Of a stretch of DNA of 64,000 nucleotides, positions 44,498 through 53,768 are shown in pieces. Numbering within the stretch: position 1 is the first letter of the stretch; each line of letters begins with the position of its first letter. The notes beneath the pieces are model-generated. The model worked only from the letters and a program-made list of their open reading frames with translations, made no database searches and was not told the DNA's origin. The DNA comes from a virus. The stretch lies in IMG/VR virus record IMGVR_UViG_3300013117_000371; one strand, given 5' to 3'. The translations under genes were made by a program, and so were the position numbers.

Positions 44498-44806
44498 ATG
44501 CTTACCCTGGTCATGCTGACCTTGCAGCTGAATTTGCCAGTCCAGCTGCCTGTGTCAGTGCATGTCCCCGCCACCATCTCCCAAGCCTGCATTGTGGTTG
44601 TGGAGCCACTCGCCGGCCCGGAAGACGAGAGCATTCCCCGGGAGCATCCCAGGGATCTCGGTGACGGAAGCGAGGGGACTGGCATCATTCCCAATGCGCA
44701 GGCTTGCGGCGCCTGTCTGCAACTGGGTATGGCTAGCCGGGACCCCACAACCCCGCGGCCGGTCCAGGCCGGTGTCCCTATGGCACGGGGCAAGGCAAAC
44801 ATGTAA
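44498..44806 (+). CDS. Hypothetical protein with hydrophobic N-terminus
   Basis: AAGGAGG SD, downstream of GCTATAAG at 44415-44422. Confidence 0.45.
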   Translation: MLTLVMLTLQLNLPVQLPVSVHVPATISQACIVVVEPLAGPEDESIPREHPRDLGDGSEGTGIIPNAQACGACLQLGMASRDPTTPRPVQAGVPMARGKANM

Positions 44807-44819
44807 GAGCACACAAGAC

Positions 44820-44857
44820 GAAGGGGGGGGTCCGGCGTTAGTCGGAGGCCCCCCTTC
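44820..44857. terminator. Hairpin between convergent genes
   Basis: GAAGGGGGG/CCCCCCTTC with inner TCCG/CGGA. Confidence 0.55.
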
Positions 44858-45047
44858 GCGCTCCTCCTTTTTAGCTGCGAGGACACACCAACCCGGGGAG
44901 GGAACTGGTCTCCCCGGGTTGGTACAAGGAAGAAACAAGAACGGCACACCCACTGAAGGGGGTGTAGGGGGCTGAGTGGACCTGTGCGAGAGAGGCCCCA
45001 ACCCCCGCTCCACTTAGAAGTGGAGGACTTTTATCAACGTGCTCCCC

Positions 45048-45803
45048 CTAACTGAGAGCCGCTCCGCCCACCAGGCCGGCGCCGGCGCCGACAGCGGCAG
45101 GAACGAAGTACGGGTGCTGTGTTACTTTACGAGCTCTGCCCATGAACCCGGCCAGCATCCCCCGCTGCATGGGGGAGTAAACCGGGCCTCGAGTATAAGA
45201 GCGCACCGGCGCACCGGCGCCGGCCCGAGTAGTGGTCACCGCTGTCGGCGCTCCTGGGAGCGCTGCGGTGGGCCTGGTGGCGGCTAAGTGCTGCTGGTAA
45301 GCGGGAGCCCGGCCCCGGTACAGCCCCACCTGCCGGCCGGTAGCGAAACCTTCGCTCTGGCGGAAAGCCGTCCGCTGCTGCTTTGCCGCTCGTTGAGTCA
45401 GCTGCCCAGTACGGGCGCTGGCCACCGGCCTGAGCCGCTGCGCCCCGGCGGCTGCCGCCGCCTGCTCCACCCGGACGGCCTTCTGGGTACCTACGGCACG
45501 GGCCGTGGTGCCCTTGATGCGCCGAGCGCCGGCGCCTCCGGCCTTACCGGTCCCCTTGAGGGCAGCAACGCCGGATTTGTTGAACTTGGCCATGCCCCCC
45601 TTGCCGATCTTACTGATCATCTGAGCTTCCAGGGCAGCGAGGCGCTTGGCCTCCATGCCCGCCAAGGTGCCGGCCTGGCCCAAGGAGCGAAGCTTCAGGA
45701 TGGCCCGGCCGAGGGATTGGAGGCCCCCCGCTTCCTTCTCCAGGCCCTCCCCCATTGCCGCCAACATTCCCTGCCGAAATTCCTGCAACAGGCTGCTGCT
45801 CAT
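45048..45803 (-). CDS. KxA-leader, Ala/Arg/Gly-rich putative virion internal protein
   Basis: FRQGMLAAMGEGLEKEA leader; basic body; VGAGAGLVGGAALS glycine zipper. Confidence 0.7.
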   Translation of the reverse strand: MSSSLLQEFRQGMLAAMGEGLEKEAGGLQSLGRAILKLRSLGQAGTLAGMEAKRLAALEAQMISKIGKGGMAKFNKSGVAALKGTGKAGGAGARRIKGTTARAVGTQKAVRVEQAAAAAGAQRLRPVASARTGQLTQRAAKQQRTAFRQSEGFATGRQVGLYRGRAPAYQQHLAATRPTAALPGAPTAVTTTRAGAGAPVRSYTRGPVYSPMQRGMLAGFMGRARKVTQHPYFVPAAVGAGAGLVGGAALS

Positions 45804-46123
45804 CGCGCCTCCCCAGTCAGCATCTTCTTACCTTTCACCCCCAACCAAGCGAGGGCTGCTCCTGCTGCCGCCCCGCCGCCGAGCATTCGCCTGTGGCCTA
45901 CGGCCTTCAAGGTCTTGGGGTTCTTGAGGAGGTCCCCCAGCCTTCTGGTCCAACGGGACTGCCTGCGGTACCGGCGGTTCATAAGTAAGGCCTTGCCCGC
46001 CCCGTAGACGGCGCCGGCGGCGCCGCCTCGGGCCATCCACTTGGCCTCGTCGCTGACGCCTCTTTTTTCCAGGGCCTTCTCCCGCAGGTACCCCCGAAGG
46101 GTGTCGGTATTTACCGTCTTCAT
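45800..46123 (-). CDS. KxA-like leader, glycine-zipper protein (possibly leaderless mRNA)
   Basis: LRGYLREKALEKRG; two GxxxG helices; ATG at 46123 sits about 7 nt after a TATACT -10 box. Confidence 0.7.
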   Translation of the reverse strand: MKTVNTDTLRGYLREKALEKRGVSDEAKWMARGGAAGAVYGAGKALLMNRRYRRQSRWTRRLGDLLKNPKTLKAVGHRRMLGGGAAAGAALAWLGVKGKKMLTGEAR

Positions 46124-46129
46124 GTCGTC

Positions 46130-46157
46130 AGTATACACTATGAAACGGGGTTGTCCA
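46130..46157 (-). promoter_or_regulatory. Promoter with TGGAC -35 box
   Basis: TGGACA-N16-TATACT. Confidence 0.5.
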
Positions 46158-46198
46158 GTACTTCAAAACAAGGCAGGGCGGGTGTTCAGCCTCAGCGG

Positions 46199-46813
46199 CT
46201 ACCCAGCGCTTACCGCCACCTCTATACGCCCCGGCAACTTCTCCCACCAGGACACCCACCCTTTCTTTCCTTTCCATAACTTACTTGCAACGCAAATACG
46301 CCTCTCCCCCCGCATCCCTATGTCAGATGAGCAGTAGACGCCGGGGATGTCTGCAAGCTGCTGCACAATGCCGCTGTGATTTCTTTGCCCGCCGGGAAGA
46401 CGGAACACTACTGCCGCCGGCCGCAAGGCGTTCTTCCCGGCCTCCGTAGACCTGATCTCCACGGGGAGGGCGTTGATGCTCTCCAGCCACTCGTCCTTAA
46501 GGTCCTTGTCCACGGAGAGACCCCGCCACAGCTTCTTAGGGGCGTTCGTACGCCCACGCAGAAGCCCGGGAGGGTCCTTTTTATAGACAGTCCTATAAGC
46601 AAGAGTGGGAGAGTTTACCTTTCCTTCCAAGAGCATCCGCAAGCCCAATCCCCGGCCTATCCGGCCGATCAAGCCACGGGGGCGCCTCTCCCGGTCCCCC
46701 CGCCAGTACCCTTTCACCTGCGATTGTTCTCGCTGATGAGGGCGGACGTAACCGGCAGTTTTCTCAAAGGCGGCAAAAAAACCTCGTTGGAATGGGCCAA
46801 ACTGGTTTCTCAT
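46199..46813 (-). CDS. KxA-leader basic protein
   Basis: MRNQFGPFQRGFFAAFEKTA, then YVRPHQR..VKGYWR; GGAGGA SD. Confidence 0.7.
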   Translation of the reverse strand: MRNQFGPFQRGFFAAFEKTAGYVRPHQREQSQVKGYWRGDRERRPRGLIGRIGRGLGLRMLLEGKVNSPTLAYRTVYKKDPPGLLRGRTNAPKKLWRGLSVDKDLKDEWLESINALPVEIRSTEAGKNALRPAAVVFRLPGGQRNHSGIVQQLADIPGVYCSSDIGMRGERRICVASKLWKGKKGWVSWWEKLPGRIEVAVSAG

Positions 46814-46833
46814 GGCTTCCTCCACCTGGAAGC

Positions 46834-46861
46834 AGGATACCACTACTGCGGAAAATGTCCA
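46834..46861 (-). promoter_or_regulatory. Promoter with TGGAC -35 box
   Basis: TGGACA-N16-TATCCT with TGG extension. Confidence 0.5.
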
Positions 46862-46901
46862 GCAGCGGGCAACGCACTAAGAGACAGCCACCCACCGAGC
46901 A

Positions 46902-47669
46902 CTAGACTCCCCGTTGTCTCGCTGAAGGTCGATGCGTCTGCCAAGCAGAGATTCGCTTCTCCACCCTCCTGTCTCTCACTCGGGCTCCTGAGCATCCTAC
47001 AATCGCTGCTACTTTGGCATCCGACATGGTTCCCAACAGATGATCATATTTGGCCCAATCAAAGCGAGAAAAGTGCCACTTGCGGTAGGGGGCAATCCCA
47101 AGACGGCTCCGCCGGGCCGTTACGGTTCGGGTCGCGCAGCCTACCTTTTGCGCTACTCTGGCATCCGACGTTGTGCCCAGGAGGCAGTCGTAGGTGGCCC
47201 AGTCATAGCGCTCGGGGCGCGTACAAGGGGGTATGCCCTTCTGCTTGCGGTGGCTGTAAACCGTCGACGCAGAACAACCTAGAATTTGGGCAATTACTGT
47301 GTCAACCTCTTTGCCCAGGAGGTGCTGCACTCTATACCACTCATACTGAGGCTTTCGCCCAATTTCCCGCATTGAAAGCGGCGCCATCGGGATGCCGAGT
47401 AGCGCACGTTCTTGCCTGATTCGTTCTCGACTGCACCCGAATCTCTTCGCAAGCTGGTTGTCCGGAACCTTCCCCAGGAGAGGCGTGATCTTTGCCCAGT
47501 CGAGTTTGGGTTTTCCCCCTCTGTAGGGTGCCCGCCCTCCAGTGTAACTGGGGGATATTCCCCGCTTCTGCCGCTGGTATGTTACTACGCTTTGAGGTAC
47601 TCCAAGGCGCTCAGCGATGAATCGATCAGTGTACTCGCCGAGCGGGATCTGGTCCCAAGTTACGTTCAA
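46902..47669 (-). CDS. Tandem five-repeat HTH-like DNA-binding protein
   Basis: Five ~45-50 aa units W..(L)LG...D..(I/V)A..(L/V)GC....V...R...GI. Confidence 0.75.
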   Translation of the reverse strand: MNVTWDQIPLGEYTDRFIAERLGVPQSVVTYQRQKRGISPSYTGGRAPYRGGKPKLDWAKITPLLGKVPDNQLAKRFGCSRERIRQERALLGIPMAPLSMREIGRKPQYEWYRVQHLLGKEVDTVIAQILGCSASTVYSHRKQKGIPPCTRPERYDWATYDCLLGTTSDARVAQKVGCATRTVTARRSRLGIAPYRKWHFSRFDWAKYDHLLGTMSDAKVAAIVGCSGARVRDRRVEKRISAWQTHRPSARQRGV

Positions 47670-47714
47670 GGTGCACCTCCAGTGCCTCTCGGAGGCGGAA
47701 TGTCGGTTCGGACT

Positions 47715-48137
47715 CTATCCACCATCTTCGTTCTCCCCGAGGGCCTCCCGTACCGTCTCGAAGGTCAGTTCGCAGCACCGCTCTTCCCCGCACTTGGGGC
47801 AGATGTTGTCAACTCCAGGGAAGTAATTCCCGGCGTCGTCCCATTCTTCGGGGATGTTGCCTAACTCCCCCCATGGGAAGTACGCCAGGCACCGCCAGCA
47901 TTGAACGGCGAAGTCCTTGACGTACTCGAAAAAGTAGGAGGGCTGCCCCTTACTGCCGATCTCGTAAAAGGGGACTTGTTGGATTACCCTGGCGCCCTCC
48001 TCCTCCGTAGCCCTCCCAGGCACGTAGTAGGGCTCCCCCGCATGGGGGTTTTTCCGGAGCGTGCCCTTGTCTATCCTAATGTAGAAGTTACCCTTCACTC
48101 TCTCCCTCCTCTTCCTCAAACTCCCGATTCTGTCCAT
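47715..48137 (-). CDS. Hypothetical protein with Zn ribbon
   Basis: CWRC, CPKC. Confidence 0.6.
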   Translation of the reverse strand: MDRIGSLRKRRERVKGNFYIRIDKGTLRKNPHAGEPYYVPGRATEEEGARVIQQVPFYEIGSKGQPSYFFEYVKDFAVQCWRCLAYFPWGELGNIPEEWDDAGNYFPGVDNICPKCGEERCCELTFETVREALGENEDGG

Positions 48138-48969
48138 CCCCCCCTCCGTCAGTAGCATCCGACTTCTGTGGTAGCCCAAACAGGTAGCGGAGCTTGGCCT
48201 CCAAGTTCTCCTTGAGCTCCACATGTTCGGCAAGTACTTTCTGCAACCGCTCATCGTTGAGGGCCTCCCGCGCCTTGTCGAGCCTCTCTTCCACCTCCAG
48301 GCAGCGGGCTTTCCAGCCCGTCGCCCCTCCGTCGTACACCGACTGGGTGCGGACCTCCCAGGGTTTCGCCGTACGGTCCAGCATGGCCTCGCAAGCCCGG
48401 AGCCGCAGCTGGTCGGCGTAGAACTGCGCCAGCTGTCCCACCCAGCCGTTGAAATAGTGGACTCGCTTCGCCGTAGGGGAGGAGTACTTGAGGGTGAGGT
48501 TGCTCCAGGCGTTGGCCGAGAGTTCCCCCTGCACCCGGTCCAGGAAGCTGGACACGGTACACCTGTACGTGCAGTCGTGTTTGTGCCAGTGAGTGACGTC
48601 GCAGAAGATCTCGAACACCCGACCGGTGGGGAGGTAGCCCACCATCAAGCCGTAGAGAAACTCCGCCAGGTAGTCACGGGGCAGACTGATTCCCCCCGAG
48701 CTCTCCTTGAGGGCCTGATTCATCGCCATGATGTGCTCCGACGGGGTAACCATCTTCTGGCCAATCTCGTCCGCCGCCTCTTCGGCCGGCGTCCCGCCTT
48801 GGAGCGCCTTCAGGAGGGAATGCAGGTCTTCCATAGGCAACTGAATTGCCCCGGGAGCCTCCTGCCCCTCCGGAAACTCGAGGGCGACATCCCTGAGGAT
48901 GACCACGCTCCCCCGCTTTTCTATGCCGCCGATGTGAGTCACAACGATGTTCGGTTTGCTCGTCTTCAT
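48088..48969 (-). CDS. Hypothetical protein
   Basis: GGAGGAG SD before MKTSKP. Confidence 0.7.
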   Translation of the reverse strand: MKTSKPNIVVTHIGGIEKRGSVVILRDVALEFPEGQEAPGAIQLPMEDLHSLLKALQGGTPAEEAADEIGQKMVTPSEHIMAMNQALKESSGGISLPRDYLAEFLYGLMVGYLPTGRVFEIFCDVTHWHKHDCTYRCTVSSFLDRVQGELSANAWSNLTLKYSSPTAKRVHYFNGWVGQLAQFYADQLRLRACEAMLDRTAKPWEVRTQSVYDGGATGWKARCLEVEERLDKAREALNDERLQKVLAEHVELKENLEAKLRYLFGLPQKSDATDGGGDGQNREFEEEEGESEG

Positions 48970-49044
48970 TTGCTCCTCCTTTTCTTTAGCCAGGCGTACC
49001 ACCGCCTGGGCAACCATCTTTTGGCCAATCTCGTCCGCCAGTTC

Positions 49045-49515
49045 CTAAGTGTCACTTACGTCGTTTGACTTCTCTCGCATCTCTTCCTCCTGCGCCTGCG
49101 TGGTATCCGGTACGTGGATCTCAGTAAACGGCACCATCGGACCTGGGGGGTCTATCAGCCGAGTAATCTCAAACGTCTCCCCCAGCTGATCCAGAACGTG
49201 TTGCTGGTACATCTCCTCTGGTGAGGGTAGGTCGTTCCCAATCGTAATGAGGCGGTCCATTGGGTACTCCCGGGCAGTCTCCCGGTGGAACAAAGAAGAC
49301 AAGCAGGCGACTACCTTGAGGCGGTTTTCGTCCTCCTCCTCCGGCGGTTCATCGGGGAGGGCCGCTAGCATGAGTGCAGCGAAGTCATGCTGCGTCACTT
49401 TCATCACTGGGAGTTTCTTCCCCTCCTCCCTTATGTACTTCGCAGCCGCCTGGAGATCCTCAATGCTCTTCGCCCCCCATACCCCGAACACTACTTCCTG
49501 TTTCCCTTCTACCAT
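49045..49515 (-). CDS. Hypothetical protein
   Basis: SD before MVEGKQ. Confidence 0.65.
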   Translation of the reverse strand: MVEGKQEVVFGVWGAKSIEDLQAAAKYIREEGKKLPVMKVTQHDFAALMLAALPDEPPEEEDENRLKVVACLSSLFHRETAREYPMDRLITIGNDLPSPEEMYQQHVLDQLGETFEITRLIDPPGPMVPFTEIHVPDTTQAQEEEMREKSNDVSDT

Positions 49516-49528
49516 CTTCCCTTCTCCT

Positions 49529-49999
49529 TTACTCTTCTTTGCTAGACAGTTCGAGTTTCTTGATTCCCGCCAGGTTCCCGCCGAACAGAACAGCCCAAAA
49601 TTTCGTCGGCTTGCGGGGCCAGCCCATGAAGGAGTCGACATACTCCAGGAACCACCCAGTTCCCTCAAGTGACCCAGCCATTCCTTTCTTCCCGTCGATG
49701 CTGATAACCGACGCAATCGCCAAGTGACCAGAAGAGGTGACTACTACCACACGGTCCCCCACCTTCAGGTCGTCTTGCTCCAAAATGGCCCACAAGTGGC
49801 GCTCCCGCCACATTGAGTGGAGGGTCGTTGCGTCCTCCCCGGTCACTTTCCCGTCCTTGATGAGCTCGGGGGGCACCTTGAGGATGGGGGAGTACTTGTT
49901 CTCCCAACAGAAGAGCTCAACTTTGGACTTCCCGCCTTCCGTTGTCGTAACGTGCACTGTTCTTCCTTGGGTAGGTTGCCCTACTTTACTCTTCTGCAT
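49529..49999 (-). CDS. Hypothetical protein
   Basis: SD before MQKSKV. Confidence 0.65.
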   Translation of the reverse strand: MQKSKVGQPTQGRTVHVTTTEGGKSKVELFCWENKYSPILKVPPELIKDGKVTGEDATTLHSMWRERHLWAILEQDDLKVGDRVVVVTSSGHLAIASVISIDGKKGMAGSLEGTGWFLEYVDSFMGWPRKPTKFWAVLFGGNLAGIKKLELSSKEE

Positions 50000-50390
50000 C
50001 GTCTTCCCCCTTGGGCGCATCTGCCTCAAAGCCGGAATGGGAGATAGTGAACTCCAGTTGAGTATTGTCTGAAAGCTTGACGTCGAAGAGAGCTTCGGCG
50101 CAAGGCTCGTGGTCTCTGTCGTCCTCCGGCGTGGGAGGCTCAAAGCCCTCTGGGAACTCGAATCCCTCCTCGACCAGCTCCAAGTACTGCCGATAGGGGC
50201 CGATGGACATCCTCGGCTCCATAAAGGGGGTGATTGTCCCCTTGCGGCCGTCCAGGAGCTCAATCTCCTGCCCAAACGGCATTCTTGCCCAAATGTCCTG
50301 GAGGATCTCCAACGCCGACTTCCCCGCCTTCGCTTTCTCCCTCACGTACGCCTCAAGGACCTTTTCGAATGGTGGCTCTTTATTCCTCAT
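49986..50390 (-). CDS. Acidic hypothetical protein
   Basis: SD before MRNKEP. Confidence 0.65.
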   Translation of the reverse strand: MRNKEPPFEKVLEAYVREKAKAGKSALEILQDIWARMPFGQEIELLDGRKGTITPFMEPRMSIGPYRQYLELVEEGFEFPEGFEPPTPEDDRDHEPCAEALFDVKLSDNTQLEFTISHSGFEADAPKGEDDAEE

Positions 50391-50655
50391 CGCGCTCCCC
50401 CTTGCACGTGTCCAAGTGGCGGCGGAAGTTGTTCCACGCCGCCAACTTGAAGTACTGCTCCCCCCTGCGAGACCTGCTGGAGTTCTTCGTGGTCCGCACA
50501 TATTGATCGGGGAACCGGCGCCCGCACTTCTTGCATTCGAATACGCCCCTGCCGTGGGCAGGGCAGTAACAAATATACCGAGGGAATTCTTCTCGGTGCC
50601 ACCTGGCGACACCCACTTCCTGTGCCCACTCTTTTCTAAATTGTCTTTCCTGCAT
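50380..50655 (-). CDS. Small basic Zn-finger-like protein
   Basis: CYCPAH, CKKC, HLDTC. Confidence 0.55.
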   Translation of the reverse strand: MQERQFRKEWAQEVGVARWHREEFPRYICYCPAHGRGVFECKKCGRRFPDQYVRTTKNSSRSRRGEQYFKLAAWNNFRRHLDTCKGERDEE

Positions 50656-51111
50656 TCAGTTTTCCTCATTAATCTTGATTAGTGCACTGCAGCCTTCCTC
50701 GCGGTCCTCCATTAGCAAGAACAAGTTTTTGTCGATCCCCCAGCCCGTACCGGGTAGCCTCCTTTCCAACGTCGCCTTGACCCAATTCAAGAGCTTCTCC
50801 TTATTGGCCAGGTTGGCCCCGAACAACGCTAAGTTCCATTGCAAGACCCACGCCTCCTTAAAACACAGGAGGTCACCCATCCAGTTGATGGTGGTGAGAA
50901 TGCGGAATTCCTCCTGCCACCGCAGCAGAAATTCAGCAACCTTGAACACGTTTGTGCCCCGCATCATCCGCTCCGAACCAACAATGGGGGTTCCTCCCTG
51001 CGGGCAGCTAGCCAAGGCATACCGAATCTCCAAATCCACTATGTCCGAGTTCTTGAGGGGGTTACTCCGCAAACGGTAGAACCAACGTGTCTGCCCGATC
51101 TGTGTCTCCAT
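50656..51111 (-). CDS. Hypothetical protein
   Basis: GAGGA SD. Confidence 0.65.
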   Translation of the reverse strand: METQIGQTRWFYRLRSNPLKNSDIVDLEIRYALASCPQGGTPIVGSERMMRGTNVFKVAEFLLRWQEEFRILTTINWMGDLLCFKEAWVLQWNLALFGANLANKEKLLNWVKATLERRLPGTGWGIDKNLFLLMEDREEGCSALIKINEEN

Positions 51112-51114
51112 TGC

Positions 51115-51726
51115 TCAGTCCTCCTCTCCTAGAATCTCCCGTTTGTGGTTCATCACCACCCGAGCGACATACTCCACCATGTATGGCTCACGAGGCGGCG
51201 CCGGCGGCGAATACGCTGAACGGTCGGGATAGTGGGGGTACATCTCAAGCAACGCCCGCCCGTCCGGCGGCCCCAGCAAGGAAGGCCTCTCCGACTGGGA
51301 GATGATGAATGCAGCATTGAGCATCCCTATCTTCATCCTCCCCGAGAAGTCTTGCAACAAGCGGTCTATCAGTTCGCTCTCCTTGGCCGCCAAAGCCTCC
51401 TCCTTCCGCTTCTTCTTCCACGCCTCCGGCGGCCACAAGGCAGGGTCGGGGGAGGGCTCGGCGAACCGCTGCATCACAGCGTCATACGGTTCGTCCGCCG
51501 GCAGGACAGTCTCCAACACGCCGTCCCGAATGACTACCCAAAACTCTTCCCTGTCCTGGCCAGTTCCGCTGTAGATGCCGTCCAGGAGATACCCCCTCCC
51601 TGCTCCCTCGAACACCCGTACGGGGAGTTTCTCCCCCTCCTTGAAGCTCTCACAGCAGTCCCCCCTGCCGGTATTGAACTGGACCTTCGCCCCTTCCTCA
51701 GTGATTACCGTAGTGAACATCCCCAT
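51115..51726 (-). CDS. Hypothetical protein
   Basis: MGMFTTV...VQFNTG start. Confidence 0.7.
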   Translation of the reverse strand: MGMFTTVITEEGAKVQFNTGRGDCCESFKEGEKLPVRVFEGAGRGYLLDGIYSGTGQDREEFWVVIRDGVLETVLPADEPYDAVMQRFAEPSPDPALWPPEAWKKKRKEEALAAKESELIDRLLQDFSGRMKIGMLNAAFIISQSERPSLLGPPDGRALLEMYPHYPDRSAYSPPAPPREPYMVEYVARVVMNHKREILGEED

Positions 51727-51729
51727 TCG

Positions 51730-52074
51730 CTAGTCCTCCTCTTCCGGCGGGGCAGCTTCCAATGGCTGCACCTCGTTGTCAGTCTCCTCCCAACCCGCCC
51801 AAGGCACCAATATACACATATCCCCGCTGGGAGAATCCACCACGGCGCTGTTGGCCATGTGCTGTTGAAGGGAGAAACGGGACACCAGCATCTGGTAGTC
51901 GTCTGTGCAGCTGCGGACAGCCCCTTCCTTCAGCAACGTACAGTGCCGGCAGGAGAAACGCCACAGCCCCTTGCAGTACTCCAACTGGTACTCCCGGTTC
52001 TCGTGGGTATCTACGACGTGGTAGCTCCCCTCTCCCGACACTCTCATCTTCTGCACAATCTCCAACAGGGTCAC
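51730..52074 (-). CDS. Hypothetical protein
   Basis: GAGGAGG SD, GTG start. Confidence 0.6.
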   Translation of the reverse strand: MTLLEIVQKMRVSGEGSYHVVDTHENREYQLEYCKGLWRFSCRHCTLLKEGAVRSCTDDYQMLVSRFSLQQHMANSAVVDSPSGDMCILVPWAGWEETDNEVQPLEAAPPEEED

Positions 52075-52075
52075 G

Positions 52076-53563
52076 CTATTCCTCCTCGATGAAGTAACTG
52101 TCCCTATGTTCCACTTCCCGCCAGTTCTGGGTAGCGTCCTCCGAACCCATATCCACCGGTACCAGGTTGTCTTTTTCGCTACTTTCCCCTACTCCCGTGC
52201 GGCCGTAGAGGAGGGTGTCGACCTCACCGACGATACGCATATGCTCCCCATTGAGGTGGCGGTAGGTCTTGCCCACCTCAAACTTGAAACCGCCGGCCTT
52301 GTGCTCGTCCTTGTGCTCGTCTTTGATGACAACCACGGTAGTTGGGCCCAACGCCAACGGGGAGCTCTCCCCCCTCTCATCAAGCGTCCAGGGGTGCTCC
52401 TGCACCTCGTCCGCCAACTTCTGGGGGATGCGGCCCTCTTCGGCCCTGAGCTTGCGCTCCTCCCCCTTGTGAACGACAAACGAGCCGGCTGCGTTGCGTA
52501 AGAGCACAAGCCCCGACTGCAACAGGTAAATGACCCGGTCTACCGTCCACTCCTCGAGCTCGTCCACACAGACGTGGTCATAGGACTCCCCCCGTATCTG
52601 CCCAAGCTCCCAGCTCACGAGGTCCTTCCGCAACGCCTCCAGGCGAGCCTTGCGGGCAACGGGCGGGGCGGAACGCAACCACTCCTTGACAATGCCCATG
52701 ATACCGGAACGGGTGTGCAAGGCGGCACACAACTGCGCCAGTAAGGGGGAACCCTTGCAGCCCGCCCCCCGGCCGAGCTTGTGGAGTTCGTCCCAGGGGC
52801 GCTTCTCTGCTCCCTGAGAGACGCCCTCCCTAGCGGCCACAAAGAAGCGCTCCAGTTCCTCGTACACCGACTTGGGCACAGTGTACCTAATTTCTCCCGT
52901 GCACGGGTTCTCCGTCTTCCCTACCCCTGGCCAGGGAGGTATCCCCATAGCCTTGTACAGGCTCTCCCGGACTAGGTCGCCGGGGATGGCTAAATTGACC
53001 CCCTCGGTTCGGCCACAATGAGAGGCGGGAGCCTCCTCCACCGTCATCACCACGTTCCCGTCCTTGTCCCTGTGATCCCCCAACGCCAGTCCCCTGTGCC
53101 CCACCACCCGGGCGTCCTTGAAGACGGCCCGATTGCCGTCCTCGGTGTCGATGTGGAGGTCCGCCCCATGCCAAGTCATCTCCCTCACCTTGCCGAAGAA
53201 AGTGCCCTCCGTTGGAATTGGAACCTCCGGAGCGGGTATTCTCAACCCTTCCTCCGACCCCTCCTCAATCCCCCCAGGGGCCAGAGGAACTAGGTAGGTT
53301 CGCAACGCCTTGCCATAGTGGGTGAACCCCTCCCTCGCCTTCTCGAGGTCTTCTACTACCTGCGCCTCGAAGTCGTTGAGTTCGTCCGAGTGCTTGTGCC
53401 ACCACGACCCACCCTGGACGAACATCCCCCAGGTGGTGACGATGAGCCCAAGCCCATCCGCCGATAGGCCCAACGGGTAATGGACGTCCTTACCGGGGTT
53501 ATTCTGATCCAGCACTCTACGGGCGACCGCCGCCCGGACTTCTTGTTCTGCTGTCAACTGCAT
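52076..53563 (-). CDS. Mosaic hypothetical protein with a terminase Walker-B-like peptide
   Basis: 495 aa; QIRGESYDHVCVDELEEW; KDEH tandem duplication. Confidence 0.7.
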   Translation of the reverse strand: MQLTAEQEVRAAVARRVLDQNNPGKDVHYPLGLSADGLGLIVTTWGMFVQGGSWWHKHSDELNDFEAQVVEDLEKAREGFTHYGKALRTYLVPLAPGGIEEGSEEGLRIPAPEVPIPTEGTFFGKVREMTWHGADLHIDTEDGNRAVFKDARVVGHRGLALGDHRDKDGNVVMTVEEAPASHCGRTEGVNLAIPGDLVRESLYKAMGIPPWPGVGKTENPCTGEIRYTVPKSVYEELERFFVAAREGVSQGAEKRPWDELHKLGRGAGCKGSPLLAQLCAALHTRSGIMGIVKEWLRSAPPVARKARLEALRKDLVSWELGQIRGESYDHVCVDELEEWTVDRVIYLLQSGLVLLRNAAGSFVVHKGEERKLRAEEGRIPQKLADEVQEHPWTLDERGESSPLALGPTTVVVIKDEHKDEHKAGGFKFEVGKTYRHLNGEHMRIVGEVDTLLYGRTGVGESSEKDNLVPVDMGSEDATQNWREVEHRDSYFIEEE

Positions 53564-53768
53564 CTTTTCCTCCTTTATGCTGCCTCAATTTCCCAAGTAG
53601 GCTCTGCTCCGCCGAGGGCCGGTGCCCGCCCCTTCGCTCCTCACCGGGACACCTAAAGTCACCCCCCCGCCAAGAAGACGTGCCCCTTGTGGTGCAACAA
53701 ATACCTCAAACATGCACAAAACCGGCACATCGGGCAGCTGCCCTCGCAGCCGCAAAGCTCGTCGTTGC

